Of a stretch of DNA of 22,696 bases, positions 7,933 to 16,021 are shown piece by piece. Under the pieces are notes generated by a model. It made no database searches. It saw only the letters and a list, made by a program, of their open reading frames with translations, and had not been told where the DNA came from. The stretch's first letter is position 1, and each line of letters starts with the position of its first letter. The stretch is from assembly GCA_965369655.1 (NCBI GenBank), contig CBDUQR010000041.1, forward strand, positions 1-22,696, given 5' to 3'. A program made the position numbers and the translations under genes. The DNA comes from an uncultured bacterium. GTDB lineage: Bacteria > Zixibacteria > MSB-5A5 > JAABVY01 > JAHJOQ01.

Positions 7933-10068
7933 ATGAAGAAATGGATATTCCTCGTTTCACTGATCATTTTGATAGCCGCACAGGCATTGAATCCCGCCAT
8001 CGCAGCAGGACAAAGCAGTGCAGCCTATCCCGAAACAGCTATTATTGGGATCACAGATACGCTTCACGGAACGCCTGTGTACGATCCATACAGGTGGCTC
8101 GAAGACGGCAGCGATTCCTCAGTAATCGAGTGGACAAGGGCACAGAATGCTTACACCAGAGAAATCCTCGATGCGATTCCGGGACGTGACCGGCTGCAGG
8201 CTCGGATAGAGAAGGCGCTGAAGAAGCGCTGGATGTCGACGCCCAAAGTCGAGGGAAGCCGTCTCTTTCTGATGAGACAGTCTGAAATTCAGAATCAGCC
8301 GGTTCTCTACATGAGGGATGGAATCGAGGGTATTGAAATCGCGCTTGTCGATCCGAACAAACTGAGCAAACATGGCATCGCCTCGCTCGATTGGTATTTC
8401 CCTTCGCACGATGGGAAGCTCCTCGCGTACGGAGTTTCATGGAGCGGCGATGAGAATAGCACGCTCTACATACTTGATACCGACAACCTGACGCATCTCG
8501 ATGACACGATACCGAGGACCGGAGCGGCCAGCGTCATGTGGCTGCCCGATAACAGCAGCTTCTACTACACGAGATATCCGGCCAAAGGCGAGGTCCCGGA
8601 CGGCGAAGAAGTATACCATCGCCGGATATTCTATCACAAACTCGGGGATAATCCGCGCTCCGACAGAGAGGTATTCGGCGGCACGCTCGACATGCAGGAC
8701 TGGACAGACGTACATCTTTCGGAGTCCGGCAGATATCTTGTCGCATACGTCTTCAAGGGATGGAGCAAGACTGATCTCTATCTCGACGATCTGTCGACAG
8801 ATGAAGGCTTCGTTCCACTCGCTAAAGGCGAAAATGCCTACTTTGACGGGCTGTTTCTTGGCGAGGATTTCTACGTCCGTACAAATCACAATGCGCCAAA
8901 CTACAGGATACTGAAGGCGGATTTCGGAGGGAAAGATGTCTCCGAATGGAACGTGATTGTTCCAGAGGACCATAAGAGAACGTTGCAATCGTTTAGCATT
9001 GCTGCTGACCGAATTGCATTGACATATCTGGAGGATGTCTCCTCCCGGCTGATGATTATGGATCCTGCTACTGGCGATATTTCAGAAGTACATCTGCCGG
9101 GAATTGGCAATGTTGGATCTGTAAGAGGTGACATTCATGGCTCCGATGTTTTCTTCGCTTACACATCATTTATGAGTCCCCGGACAATATTCAGGTACGA
9201 TGTCGTCACAAACATTCTCGATCGATTCGATGGCGTCGAGGCGGACGTCGATCCATCGCTGTTCACCACTGAGCTTGCGCACTATGACTCGAAAGACGGT
9301 ACGCGCATTTCGATGTTCATCGTTCACAGAAAAGACCTGACGTTAGACGGCGACAATCCGACTATGCTGACCGGCTATGGCGGGTTCAACCACAGCCAGA
9401 CGCCCTACTTTTCGAGCACCCGTATGATGTGGCTGAATGCAGGCGGAGTATTCGCACTGCCTCACCTGCGAGGCGGAGGCGAATACGGTGAAAAGTGGCA
9501 TCAGGATGGTATGCTCAGCAACAAGCAGCATACGTTCGACGATTTCATGGCTGCTGCGGAATACCTTATCGATCATGGCTACACTAATTCCGACAGACTC
9601 GCGATCTGGGGCGGCTCCAACGGAGGGCTGCTGGTCGGCGCAGCGATGACTCAGCGCCCCGACCTGTTCCGCGTCGTGATATGCGGCAACCCGCTGCTCG
9701 ATATGATACGCTACCACATGTTCCTGATTGCGAAACTCTGGATTCCGGAGTACGGATCGTCGGACGACCCGCAGGGTTTCGAATGGCTCTATGGCTATTC
9801 GCCTTATCATCACGTGATCGATGGGGTGAATTATCCAGCTACCATGATTCTGACGTCCGATTCGGATTCGCGTGTCGATCCGCTGCATGCGAGAAAGATG
9901 ATCGCGAGGCTTCAGGCCGCGAATGCATCGTCGCATCCGCAACTCCTGAGGTTTGAATTCGAAGCGGGTCACGGCGCGGGCACGCCGACATGGAAACGCG
10001 CCGAACGTTACACCGACATCTATTCATTCATCGCAGAGCAGTTGCACATGCAACTCGTCGAGCAGTAG
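7933..10068 (+). CDS. Prolyl oligopeptidase (S9A) with N-terminal signal peptide
   Basis: MKKWIFLVSLIILIAAQA signal; DPYRWLED, GYGGF, RGGGEYG; catalytic Ser GGSNGG, Asp DSRV, His GHG; AGGAG RBS. Confidence 0.96.
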   Translation: MKKWIFLVSLIILIAAQALNPAIAAGQSSAAYPETAIIGITDTLHGTPVYDPYRWLEDGSDSSVIEWTRAQNAYTREILDAIPGRDRLQARIEKALKKRWMSTPKVEGSRLFLMRQSEIQNQPVLYMRDGIEGIEIALVDPNKLSKHGIASLDWYFPSHDGKLLAYGVSWSGDENSTLYILDTDNLTHLDDTIPRTGAASVMWLPDNSSFYYTRYPAKGEVPDGEEVYHRRIFYHKLGDNPRSDREVFGGTLDMQDWTDVHLSESGRYLVAYVFKGWSKTDLYLDDLSTDEGFVPLAKGENAYFDGLFLGEDFYVRTNHNAPNYRILKADFGGKDVSEWNVIVPEDHKRTLQSFSIAADRIALTYLEDVSSRLMIMDPATGDISEVHLPGIGNVGSVRGDIHGSDVFFAYTSFMSPRTIFRYDVVTNILDRFDGVEADVDPSLFTTELAHYDSKDGTRISMFIVHRKDLTLDGDNPTMLTGYGGFNHSQTPYFSSTRMMWLNAGGVFALPHLRGGGEYGEKWHQDGMLSNKQHTFDDFMAAAEYLIDHGYTNSDRLAIWGGSNGGLLVGAAMTQRPDLFRVVICGNPLLDMIRYHMFLIAKLWIPEYGSSDDPQGFEWLYGYSPYHHVIDGVNYPATMILTSDSDSRVDPLHARKMIARLQAANASSHPQLLRFEFEAGHGAGTPTWKRAERYTDIYSFIAEQLHMQLVEQ

Positions 10069-10082
10069 ATCGAGATATTGAA

Positions 10083-11267
10083 GTGAGCAGCTTACCCAAA
10101 GTGATTCTGATGTTTCCGGGCGTCGACTGGCCGATATTCATGTGCCGCCAGATGGTGATCGCGCTTGCCGAATCGGCCAGAGAGTATGGCATGACTCTGA
10201 TTGTCATGAATCGACCGCTCTGCCCTTTCTCAACACTTTTCAAAAAGCCAAAGAGGCTTCGAGAATTCATGTCAGCACCGAAAATCGAGAAACTCTCCGA
10301 CAACCTGTACATGGTCTCTCCGAAATACTTTATTCATGATTCTGTTGCGGGTAAATTCAGAATTCTCGAGAAACTGAATCTCGCCGCATTGAGACGAAGC
10401 TACGCGTACGTCTGCCGCAGGATCGGCATCATGGAAGAATCGCCTCTTGTCTGGTACTTCTACCCGCAGCAGAGCTATGTGATGAATCTCTTTCAGAATA
10501 GCCGCACTGTCTACGAAATGAAAGATAATCTCGCGGATGTCAAGGGTCGCGAACTGACGGCTCAGATCAGGTTGCAGAACGAGGCCAGGAGTCGCGTTGA
10601 TTTTCTCGTGACCACGTCGAAACTTCTCCACGAGAAATACTCCCCTGGGTACAGGAAAGCGATCGAATTCCGCAATGGCCTCGATCGAAAAACGTATCTT
10701 CGCCTTACGACTGATGATCCTGAGCCCATCGAAGCTATTGAAAAGATCGACAGACCTCGGATCGGCTTCGCGGGGGTCGTCTCGCAGCGATTAGACTGGG
10801 AACTTATCAGAAGGATTGCAGCAGGCAGGCCGAAGTGGAATCTTGTGTTCGTCGGTCCAACACCCGATAAATCGATCATCGAATCTGTGGTTACCTTGCC
10901 CAACATCCATTTCACGGGTGCTTTCGACCATTCCATGGTACCGTCTATCCTGAAGAGCTTCGACATCGGGATAATGCCATATTTCGATAACGAGTTTTTC
11001 AGGTACTCCAATCCGCTGAAATTCTACGAATACGCTGCAGCCGGAATTCGGACAGTGTCATCCGATATGAAAGAGCTGGAGACATTCCCCCGGAAGATAA
11101 TAAGAATCGTCCCGAACATCCCGTCCGAATGGATCGGCGCAATCGAGTTAATGCTCGCCTCTAACGCAGACGAAGCAAAACGTATCGATCAGGCATTTGC
11201 CGGCAAATTCATCTGGGAAGATCTCACAATAAAGCTGCTCAAGGAAATCACTGCCGAGATGGAATAG
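10083..11267 (+). CDS. GT-B glycosyltransferase (GT4-like, TuaH-type)
   Basis: RPRIGFAGVVSQRLDWELI, FDIGIMPY, NPLKFYEYAAAG. Start uncertain (GTG 10083 or ATG 10110); the ORF-track start at 9990 overlaps the peptidase gene. Confidence 0.85.
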   Translation: MSSLPKVILMFPGVDWPIFMCRQMVIALAESAREYGMTLIVMNRPLCPFSTLFKKPKRLREFMSAPKIEKLSDNLYMVSPKYFIHDSVAGKFRILEKLNLAALRRSYAYVCRRIGIMEESPLVWYFYPQQSYVMNLFQNSRTVYEMKDNLADVKGRELTAQIRLQNEARSRVDFLVTTSKLLHEKYSPGYRKAIEFRNGLDRKTYLRLTTDDPEPIEAIEKIDRPRIGFAGVVSQRLDWELIRRIAAGRPKWNLVFVGPTPDKSIIESVVTLPNIHFTGAFDHSMVPSILKSFDIGIMPYFDNEFFRYSNPLKFYEYAAAGIRTVSSDMKELETFPRKIIRIVPNIPSEWIGAIELMLASNADEAKRIDQAFAGKFIWEDLTIKLLKEITAEME

Positions 11268-11334
11268 CTTGCTGATGTATCACAGTCTGACGGAAAACCC
11301 AGGCATTCCCGACATTTTAGAAACCGATCGTACT

Positions 11335-11907
11335 CTAACTCCGGCGATCCAGCCCCCGCCAGATGGTCGGCAAGATAACGGCAGCGAGCCCAATCTTCAT
11401 GATCGCGCCCGGTATGAATGGGATTAGCCCTGCTGTCAGGAGAGCGGCTCCCGGTATGAACTGCGTGAGCCAGGTGAGACCGCACGCGAAGATAATCGCT
11501 GTTCCGAGAGTCATTGCCGCAACAGACTTGATATAACTCCCGGACCAGCCACGATCGGCAAGGTAGCCGACTATGTAAGCCGCAGCGAGAAATCCGATAA
11601 TGTATCCACCTGTCGGACCGGCAAGGGCAACAATCCCCGCCTTTCCGCCTGCGAATACCGGGAGTCCGACCATGCCCTCAAGCACGTATGCGCCCACTAC
11701 TGCCACAGCTCTCGTCCGATCAAGCGCCATCGCGATCAGCAGCACACCGAATGTCTGACCTGTGATTGGCACAGGCGAAAACGGAAGGTTTATGGCCATA
11801 TACGCAGTTGCTATCAGCAGCAGGTTGAAACCGATGAGAACAGGTATCTCTGCAATCAGACTCGACGGTTTGAAACGATTGTAGATCGATACGGAGTAAG
11901 CGGTCAT
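11335..11907 (-). CDS. bioY: Biotin transporter S component BioY
   Basis: 190 aa, hydrophobic; PVPITGQTFGVLL, GLPVFAGG, GPTGGYIIGF, GLIPFIPG; AAGGAG RBS. Confidence 0.95.
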   Translation of the reverse strand: MTAYSVSIYNRFKPSSLIAEIPVLIGFNLLLIATAYMAINLPFSPVPITGQTFGVLLIAMALDRTRAVAVVGAYVLEGMVGLPVFAGGKAGIVALAGPTGGYIIGFLAAAYIVGYLADRGWSGSYIKSVAAMTLGTAIIFACGLTWLTQFIPGAALLTAGLIPFIPGAIMKIGLAAVILPTIWRGLDRRS

Positions 11908-11984
11908 CAGGAACTCCTTTCTTGTTCACACAGAATTTGCTGAGAAACTAAGTCCCAGCGAATGATGGCGCAAGGTTTTTCAGA

Positions 11985-13688
11985 TCATTCGCGACAGATA
12001 CCATCGTACAGCTTTCGATAACTCTTGATAGCCCTATCCCAACTAAAACGTGAGAGCATCTTATAGCCGTGATAGATCATCTCGGCATATGCGTCCTGAT
12101 TGTCAGCATAGAGCGCGATTGCGTCTCTCAGCGCCGAACCGGCAGCTCGTGACATTTCGTTGAACAGCCCGATCTTCCTGCGGTCATCGAGACGATCGCC
12201 GACCGGCGTCTGATCCAGATAGTCGCAATCGACCATCTCCTGCCAGTCGTCGACTTCAGAAACCGAGTCCGGCTCTCTGAACAGAAATCCTGTCGGCTTG
12301 CTGCCTGAGCCGTGATACTCATCGACAATTTTTGAGCATGACGCGGGCAGACACGTCCTGTCAAACGGGAATACCTGCTGAATCAGCCCTCCGGTCGCGC
12401 GAGCTACTACCGGCATACCGGCGAGATATGCTTCGGTGGCTCCGCCGAACGGCTCATACAGTGAGCACATCACCATGAACGAACTGCCTTTCTGCAGTGC
12501 GGTAAACGCCTCGAAATCTACCCTGAACGGAAATACTATCACCTCACCGGGACGTTCTTCAGCCAATCGCTTCAGGAATCGCAACCCCTCGAAACCCTCG
12601 TCTCCCGGCATCGGAGTGAATACATACCTCGCAAGCCCTTTTGGTATCGAGGAGATTGCAGCGGCGGCGACGTCGTAACCCTTTTGCCTCGGATCATCCC
12701 TGCCGAGGAAGAAAAACACTGGCAGATTCGGATCGGACAGATCGATTCCGTCCCCCCAGACCTGCTGATCGGGTTCTAACCCATCTAAGCAATTGCCGAT
12801 AACCTCACCCAGGCGGATTCGACGTTCCTTCTTTTCGTCTCTGATCAACGAGAAATCTCCCGCCTCTGCCCTGGTCAGGGCATCTTGCGAAAACGGGAAG
12901 CTGAGTTCGCCGAACAGACCGTTGTCGACACCGATTATCGACTTCTCGCGAAAAAGCTCCTGCAGATGATCGGCGAAAACATCCGTGTGAAGAAATTCAT
13001 TGGTGAGTTCTCGGGCAAAATTTTCTGAAACAGTTGAGAGAGGACCATCGACCAGAGGGATCATTTTAGTCAGGATCGTCTCGCCAGGCAGGTTGCTCGC
13101 GGAGATCAGTCTCGCCGCCGTTTTGTCGAGCCCACGATCGTATGGGTTGTGCAGAGTCAGAAGACAGGCATGCGGTCCAAAATTACTGTCAAGTTTCGCG
13201 GTCTGTGCGACAGATGCAGACTCCCAGTCCTGAAGGTGCAGGACCATGTCGGACGACATGTCGAGGGCGCGCAGAGCAACAGGTACCGCTGAACAGAAGA
13301 AGAGCGAATCTTCGAGAAGCTGATCCGGATCACCCGGATTGATATATGGGTCCTTCGGAGCATTGAAGAAACGATCGGCCTCCAGCAAATAGTGCATGTA
13401 GCCCGAATCATCGCGGTGTTGAAGTATCCTGACAAGATTGGAGCTGCCGCCGAATTTCAGCTTAAACCTAATTCCCGTCTTACTGATTTGGGCGTTGATC
13501 GGTTTCTTCGATGTGATTTCGCTAAAGTATGGAGCTATCGTGCAGCATCGTTCGACCTTCGCAAGTTGTCTTGGCAACAGACGCATCACCGCCGCAAGCC
13601 CTCCACACGGTGCGAACTCAGTCTCGTATGTTACAAAGACAATGGTTCTCTTTGATTTGCTCGGTTTCGAAGAATCTATCTTAGTCAC
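11985..13688 (-). CDS. Divergent glycogen/starch synthase-like glycosyltransferase (GT5)
   Basis: FVTYETEFAPCGGL, HLQDW, TLHN, TVSENFA, DNG, GRDDPRQKGYD, SLYEPFG, ARATGGL, FSW. GTG 13688 has GGAGG upstream; the ORF-track ATG at 13742 lies in the predicted -10 box. Confidence 0.8.
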   Translation of the reverse strand: MTKIDSSKPSKSKRTIVFVTYETEFAPCGGLAAVMRLLPRQLAKVERCCTIAPYFSEITSKKPINAQISKTGIRFKLKFGGSSNLVRILQHRDDSGYMHYLLEADRFFNAPKDPYINPGDPDQLLEDSLFFCSAVPVALRALDMSSDMVLHLQDWESASVAQTAKLDSNFGPHACLLTLHNPYDRGLDKTAARLISASNLPGETILTKMIPLVDGPLSTVSENFARELTNEFLHTDVFADHLQELFREKSIIGVDNGLFGELSFPFSQDALTRAEAGDFSLIRDEKKERRIRLGEVIGNCLDGLEPDQQVWGDGIDLSDPNLPVFFFLGRDDPRQKGYDVAAAAISSIPKGLARYVFTPMPGDEGFEGLRFLKRLAEERPGEVIVFPFRVDFEAFTALQKGSSFMVMCSLYEPFGGATEAYLAGMPVVARATGGLIQQVFPFDRTCLPASCSKIVDEYHGSGSKPTGFLFREPDSVSEVDDWQEMVDCDYLDQTPVGDRLDDRRKIGLFNEMSRAAGSALRDAIALYADNQDAYAEMIYHGYKMLSRFSWDRAIKSYRKLYDGICRE

Positions 13689-13737
13689 CTGATACCGTCC
13701 TCCGTTATGAGTAACCACAAACAGAAATGACTCTGCG

Positions 13738-13768
13738 ATCATATACGAAACTGCAAACGCTGGGTCAA
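13738..13768 (-). promoter_or_regulatory. Putative sigma70 promoter for the GT5 gene
   Basis: TTGACC (13768-13763), then 17 nt to TATATG or 19 nt to TATGAT. Confidence 0.45.
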
Positions 13769-13872
13769 GTCAGAATGTGGTCGGGCACAGCAAATATCAT
13801 CAAGAATCAAGGCAGGCCATCGTGAAAACAGCCCGCTCGGAGACAAATCAGATTTTATTGACCAGCCCGATC

Positions 13873-14301
13873 CTACTCACAGAATATCCGGACTTTTTCG
13901 TCCTCAGAATCGACATCGATGCTCATATCGGTGATGGCCTCGATCAGCGACTCAAGATCGCTCGACTTGAGATCTTTCAGATCGATCCCGATTCCCTTCT
14001 CCTTCAGCGCGTGATCAACCCTGCGATGAGCGCCATGAGGAATGATCGACCCGAGTTTTATCCCGGCGCGAATAAGCTGCAGGGGAACGCGGATATTGAC
14101 GTTCTCTCCGTTGCTCTTGCCTTCACCCGGAGTTACAACTACGCGCAGATACTTCGGAGCACCCGAACTCTCAACATGCTCGCCTCGTTTCTCGTCAGGT
14201 TTTTCGAGACCTCCAATTGCATCAAGCAATTCTTCTGCCTCTGCAAGGCTGATCTTACCTTCCTTCAGCATCGACAGGATTTTCATACGTTCTTCGCTCA
14301 T
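13873..14301 (-). CDS. SHOCT-like (YvlB/LiaX N-terminal type) domain protein, DUF2089-associated
   Basis: N-terminus EERMKILSMLKEGKISLAEAEELLDAI; C-terminal part with VNIRVPL and DEKVRIFCE; GAGGAGG RBS. Confidence 0.8.
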   Translation of the reverse strand: MSEERMKILSMLKEGKISLAEAEELLDAIGGLEKPDEKRGEHVESSGAPKYLRVVVTPGEGKSNGENVNIRVPLQLIRAGIKLGSIIPHGAHRRVDHALKEKGIGIDLKDLKSSDLESLIEAITDMSIDVDSEDEKVRIFCE

Positions 14302-14313
14302 TGGTATTCCTCC

Positions 14314-14595
14314 TCAGGAAATATCGATCAGTACTTCGTCATTTTTGTCTTTCATCTGGATCAGGAGCCCCCTCAGTGAGAAGATCACAACCATGACCCG
14401 CCAAATCTTCCGAAGAGCCTTTCTCACGGAACGGGAGCCGAGGCTCACGATTGCTGCGACCGCTGCGACGGGTGCAAATATCACGGCCACCACGACTGCA
14501 AGCGGCCAGAGTATTACGACCGGCAGCCAGAGCCGAATTCTTCTCCCTCCATTTTCGATCAAACGAATTCTCACAAACACCGGTGGAATCATCAT
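14314..14595 (-). CDS. Small hypothetical membrane protein of the DUF2089 operon
   Basis: 93 aa; IRLWLPVVILWPL plus a long hydrophobic stretch; ATGA overlap with the upstream gene and a 12-nt gap to the downstream gene. Confidence 0.75.
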   Translation of the reverse strand: MMIPPVFVRIRLIENGGRRIRLWLPVVILWPLAVVVAVIFAPVAAVAAIVSLGSRSVRKALRKIWRVMVVIFSLRGLLIQMKDKNDEVLIDIS

Positions 14596-14954
14596 TTCTT
14601 CAACCTCCCGACAGCCTCTTTGACCGAGATCTCACCGCGTTCGAGCTGATCGAGAACATCCGTGCTTTCTTCGGCAATCGATATGTCGACAAACCCGAGC
14701 CGCTCGGAAATCCGGTTGAGTCGGCTCTTGATTGTCGGATAGCTGACTCCGAAGAGCTTCTCCATCTGCTTGATCGAGCCGTGACTCCTGACAAAGGCAG
14801 CGACGAACACCTGGTCCTCCATCGCCAGCCGAGCCAGTGGTGGAAGCTCGAAATCTCCCTCAATCGCGATGCCGCTCCCGGTAAGCCTTACCCTTTCGAT
14901 CTTCACTGTGTCATCGCCTGTCATCCGGGTCAATTCCTGCCAATCTTTTGCCAA
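14592..14954 (-). CDS. DUF2089-family HTH protein with C-terminal SHOCT-like helix pair
   Basis: IEGDFEL, FVRSHGSIKQMEKLFGVSYPTIKSRLNRI, VLDQLERGEISVKEAV. TTG 14954 follows GGGAGG; ATG 14966 is the alternative start. Confidence 0.85.
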   Translation of the reverse strand: MAKDWQELTRMTGDDTVKIERVRLTGSGIAIEGDFELPPLARLAMEDQVFVAAFVRSHGSIKQMEKLFGVSYPTIKSRLNRISERLGFVDISIAEESTDVLDQLERGEISVKEAVGRLKK

Positions 14955-14967
14955 CTGACCTCCCATC

Positions 14968-15042
14968 TTGATATTATCAATTCAATATACGCAATAGACT
15001 ATCATATGTTTCATATATAATTGACTATCTTTATTTTGTCAA
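14968..15042 (-). promoter_or_regulatory. AT-rich promoter/operator region of the DUF2089 operon
   Basis: TTGACA (15042-15037)-N17-TATATA; inverted repeats TTGAC-N12-GTCAA (15021-15042) and TTGATA-T-TATCAA (14968-14980); direct repeat GACTATC (14997, 15023). Confidence 0.6.
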
Positions 15043-15165
15043 CAGGATTTATTAACTTTCTTAAGGTTTTGCGCATGGCGGCGTGATTATGACCTTGCGC
15101 ACGATAATTGGCGTAACCGCCTGCTAATCAATATGTTCGGACTGTTCTATCCGGGTAGAACTGGA

Positions 15166-15400
15166 GAGGCTGTCCCAAAAGGTCTGTTCTTCAGTAGGTC
15201 GGCGTTCCGCAGCAGGCGGAGCCTGTCAGCGACCAAAAACCCGACTGCTGGTCAACAAGATAGAAGTGTCGCGTTTCTTACCTGTCCCTCGGGGATCCCC
15301 TCTCCCACGGGATCCCGGAGGGAGAAGATCGGGGTCAATGACGGGATCAGCGACCGAATTACGTCAGGTTCGGAACACGACCTATTTATGAGACAACCTC
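15166..15400. mobile_element. Non-autonomous MITE-like element, 235 bp
   Basis: Imperfect TIRs GAGGCTGTCCCAAAA and (revcomp) GAGGTTGTCTCATAA; flanking direct repeat TGGA (15162-15165, 15401-15404); no transposase; internal GTAG-type palindromes. Confidence 0.7.
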
Positions 15401-15445
15401 TGGAACTCCGCAAGGCAGATTGGACTTACTTCGACGGGATTGTTA

Positions 15446-15967
15446 TCATCGGCTGTTTCTGTCGTTCCTGATAAAATACTCGATGCAGTCTTTTCCACGT
15501 TCCGTCAATTCGTAGTAGGTGTGATTCCTGTGCTTGATCCACTTGTTGTCGACCACCCCTTTGCGATACCGGATCATCAGCTTTGGAACTCTCCTGAGAA
15601 ACCCCATGTCTCTGAGTTTGGCATGCCTGTCGAACACCTCCTGCTTATCGAGGTGGAGCAGCCTTGCGACCTTGTGCGAGTAATCGAGCCCTACTCTGAG
15701 ATGGAGCGCGAGTATTCTGAAGTCGTTTTCTTCCAGCGAGCGGTATGAATCGTCCGGTTTGAATTCGTCTCTTAAGAGTATATCATCCCAGGATAGATTG
15801 ATCAACCTCTCCTGCTCGGCATTTCGGAGATTTGGGCAGTCAGCGGCATGCAGCTTGATAATATCATCGCGGCTGTGGAAACCGACGACTGGCCGCTCGG
15901 GCGTCGGAGTGCAGCATTTGGCGAGAGCATACTCCGACCTGATCCTGAAATTCTGTTTAGCAGACAT
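15446..15967 (-). CDS. RelA/SpoT-type zinc-finger (RIS/ZFD) domain fused to a DUF2250-like winged helix
   Basis: aa 13-60: LAKCCTPTPERPVVGFHSRDDIIKLHAADCPNL...ERLINLSW. aa ~80-165: ILALHLRVGLDYSHKVAR...KLRDMGFLRRV...HRNHTYYELTERG. Confidence 0.75.
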   Translation of the reverse strand: MSAKQNFRIRSEYALAKCCTPTPERPVVGFHSRDDIIKLHAADCPNLRNAEQERLINLSWDDILLRDEFKPDDSYRSLEENDFRILALHLRVGLDYSHKVARLLHLDKQEVFDRHAKLRDMGFLRRVPKLMIRYRKGVVDNKWIKHRNHTYYELTERGKDCIEYFIRNDRNSR

Positions 15968-15975
15968 GCTTCAAT

Positions 15976-16004
15976 AATATAGCTGGTGGTCGCCTTGACA
16001 GCAA
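15976..16004 (-). promoter_or_regulatory. Putative promoter giving a leaderless or near-leaderless mRNA
   Basis: TTGCTG (16004-15999)-N17-TATATT (15981-15976), 8 nt before ATG 15967; no Shine-Dalgarno. Confidence 0.4.
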
Positions 16005-16021
16005 CAGGGCATGCAGGAATT

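Noticed and set aside
15133-15471. 112-aa + strand ORF
   Set aside because: It runs across the MITE/REP palindromes, has no RBS and no recognisable protein features.
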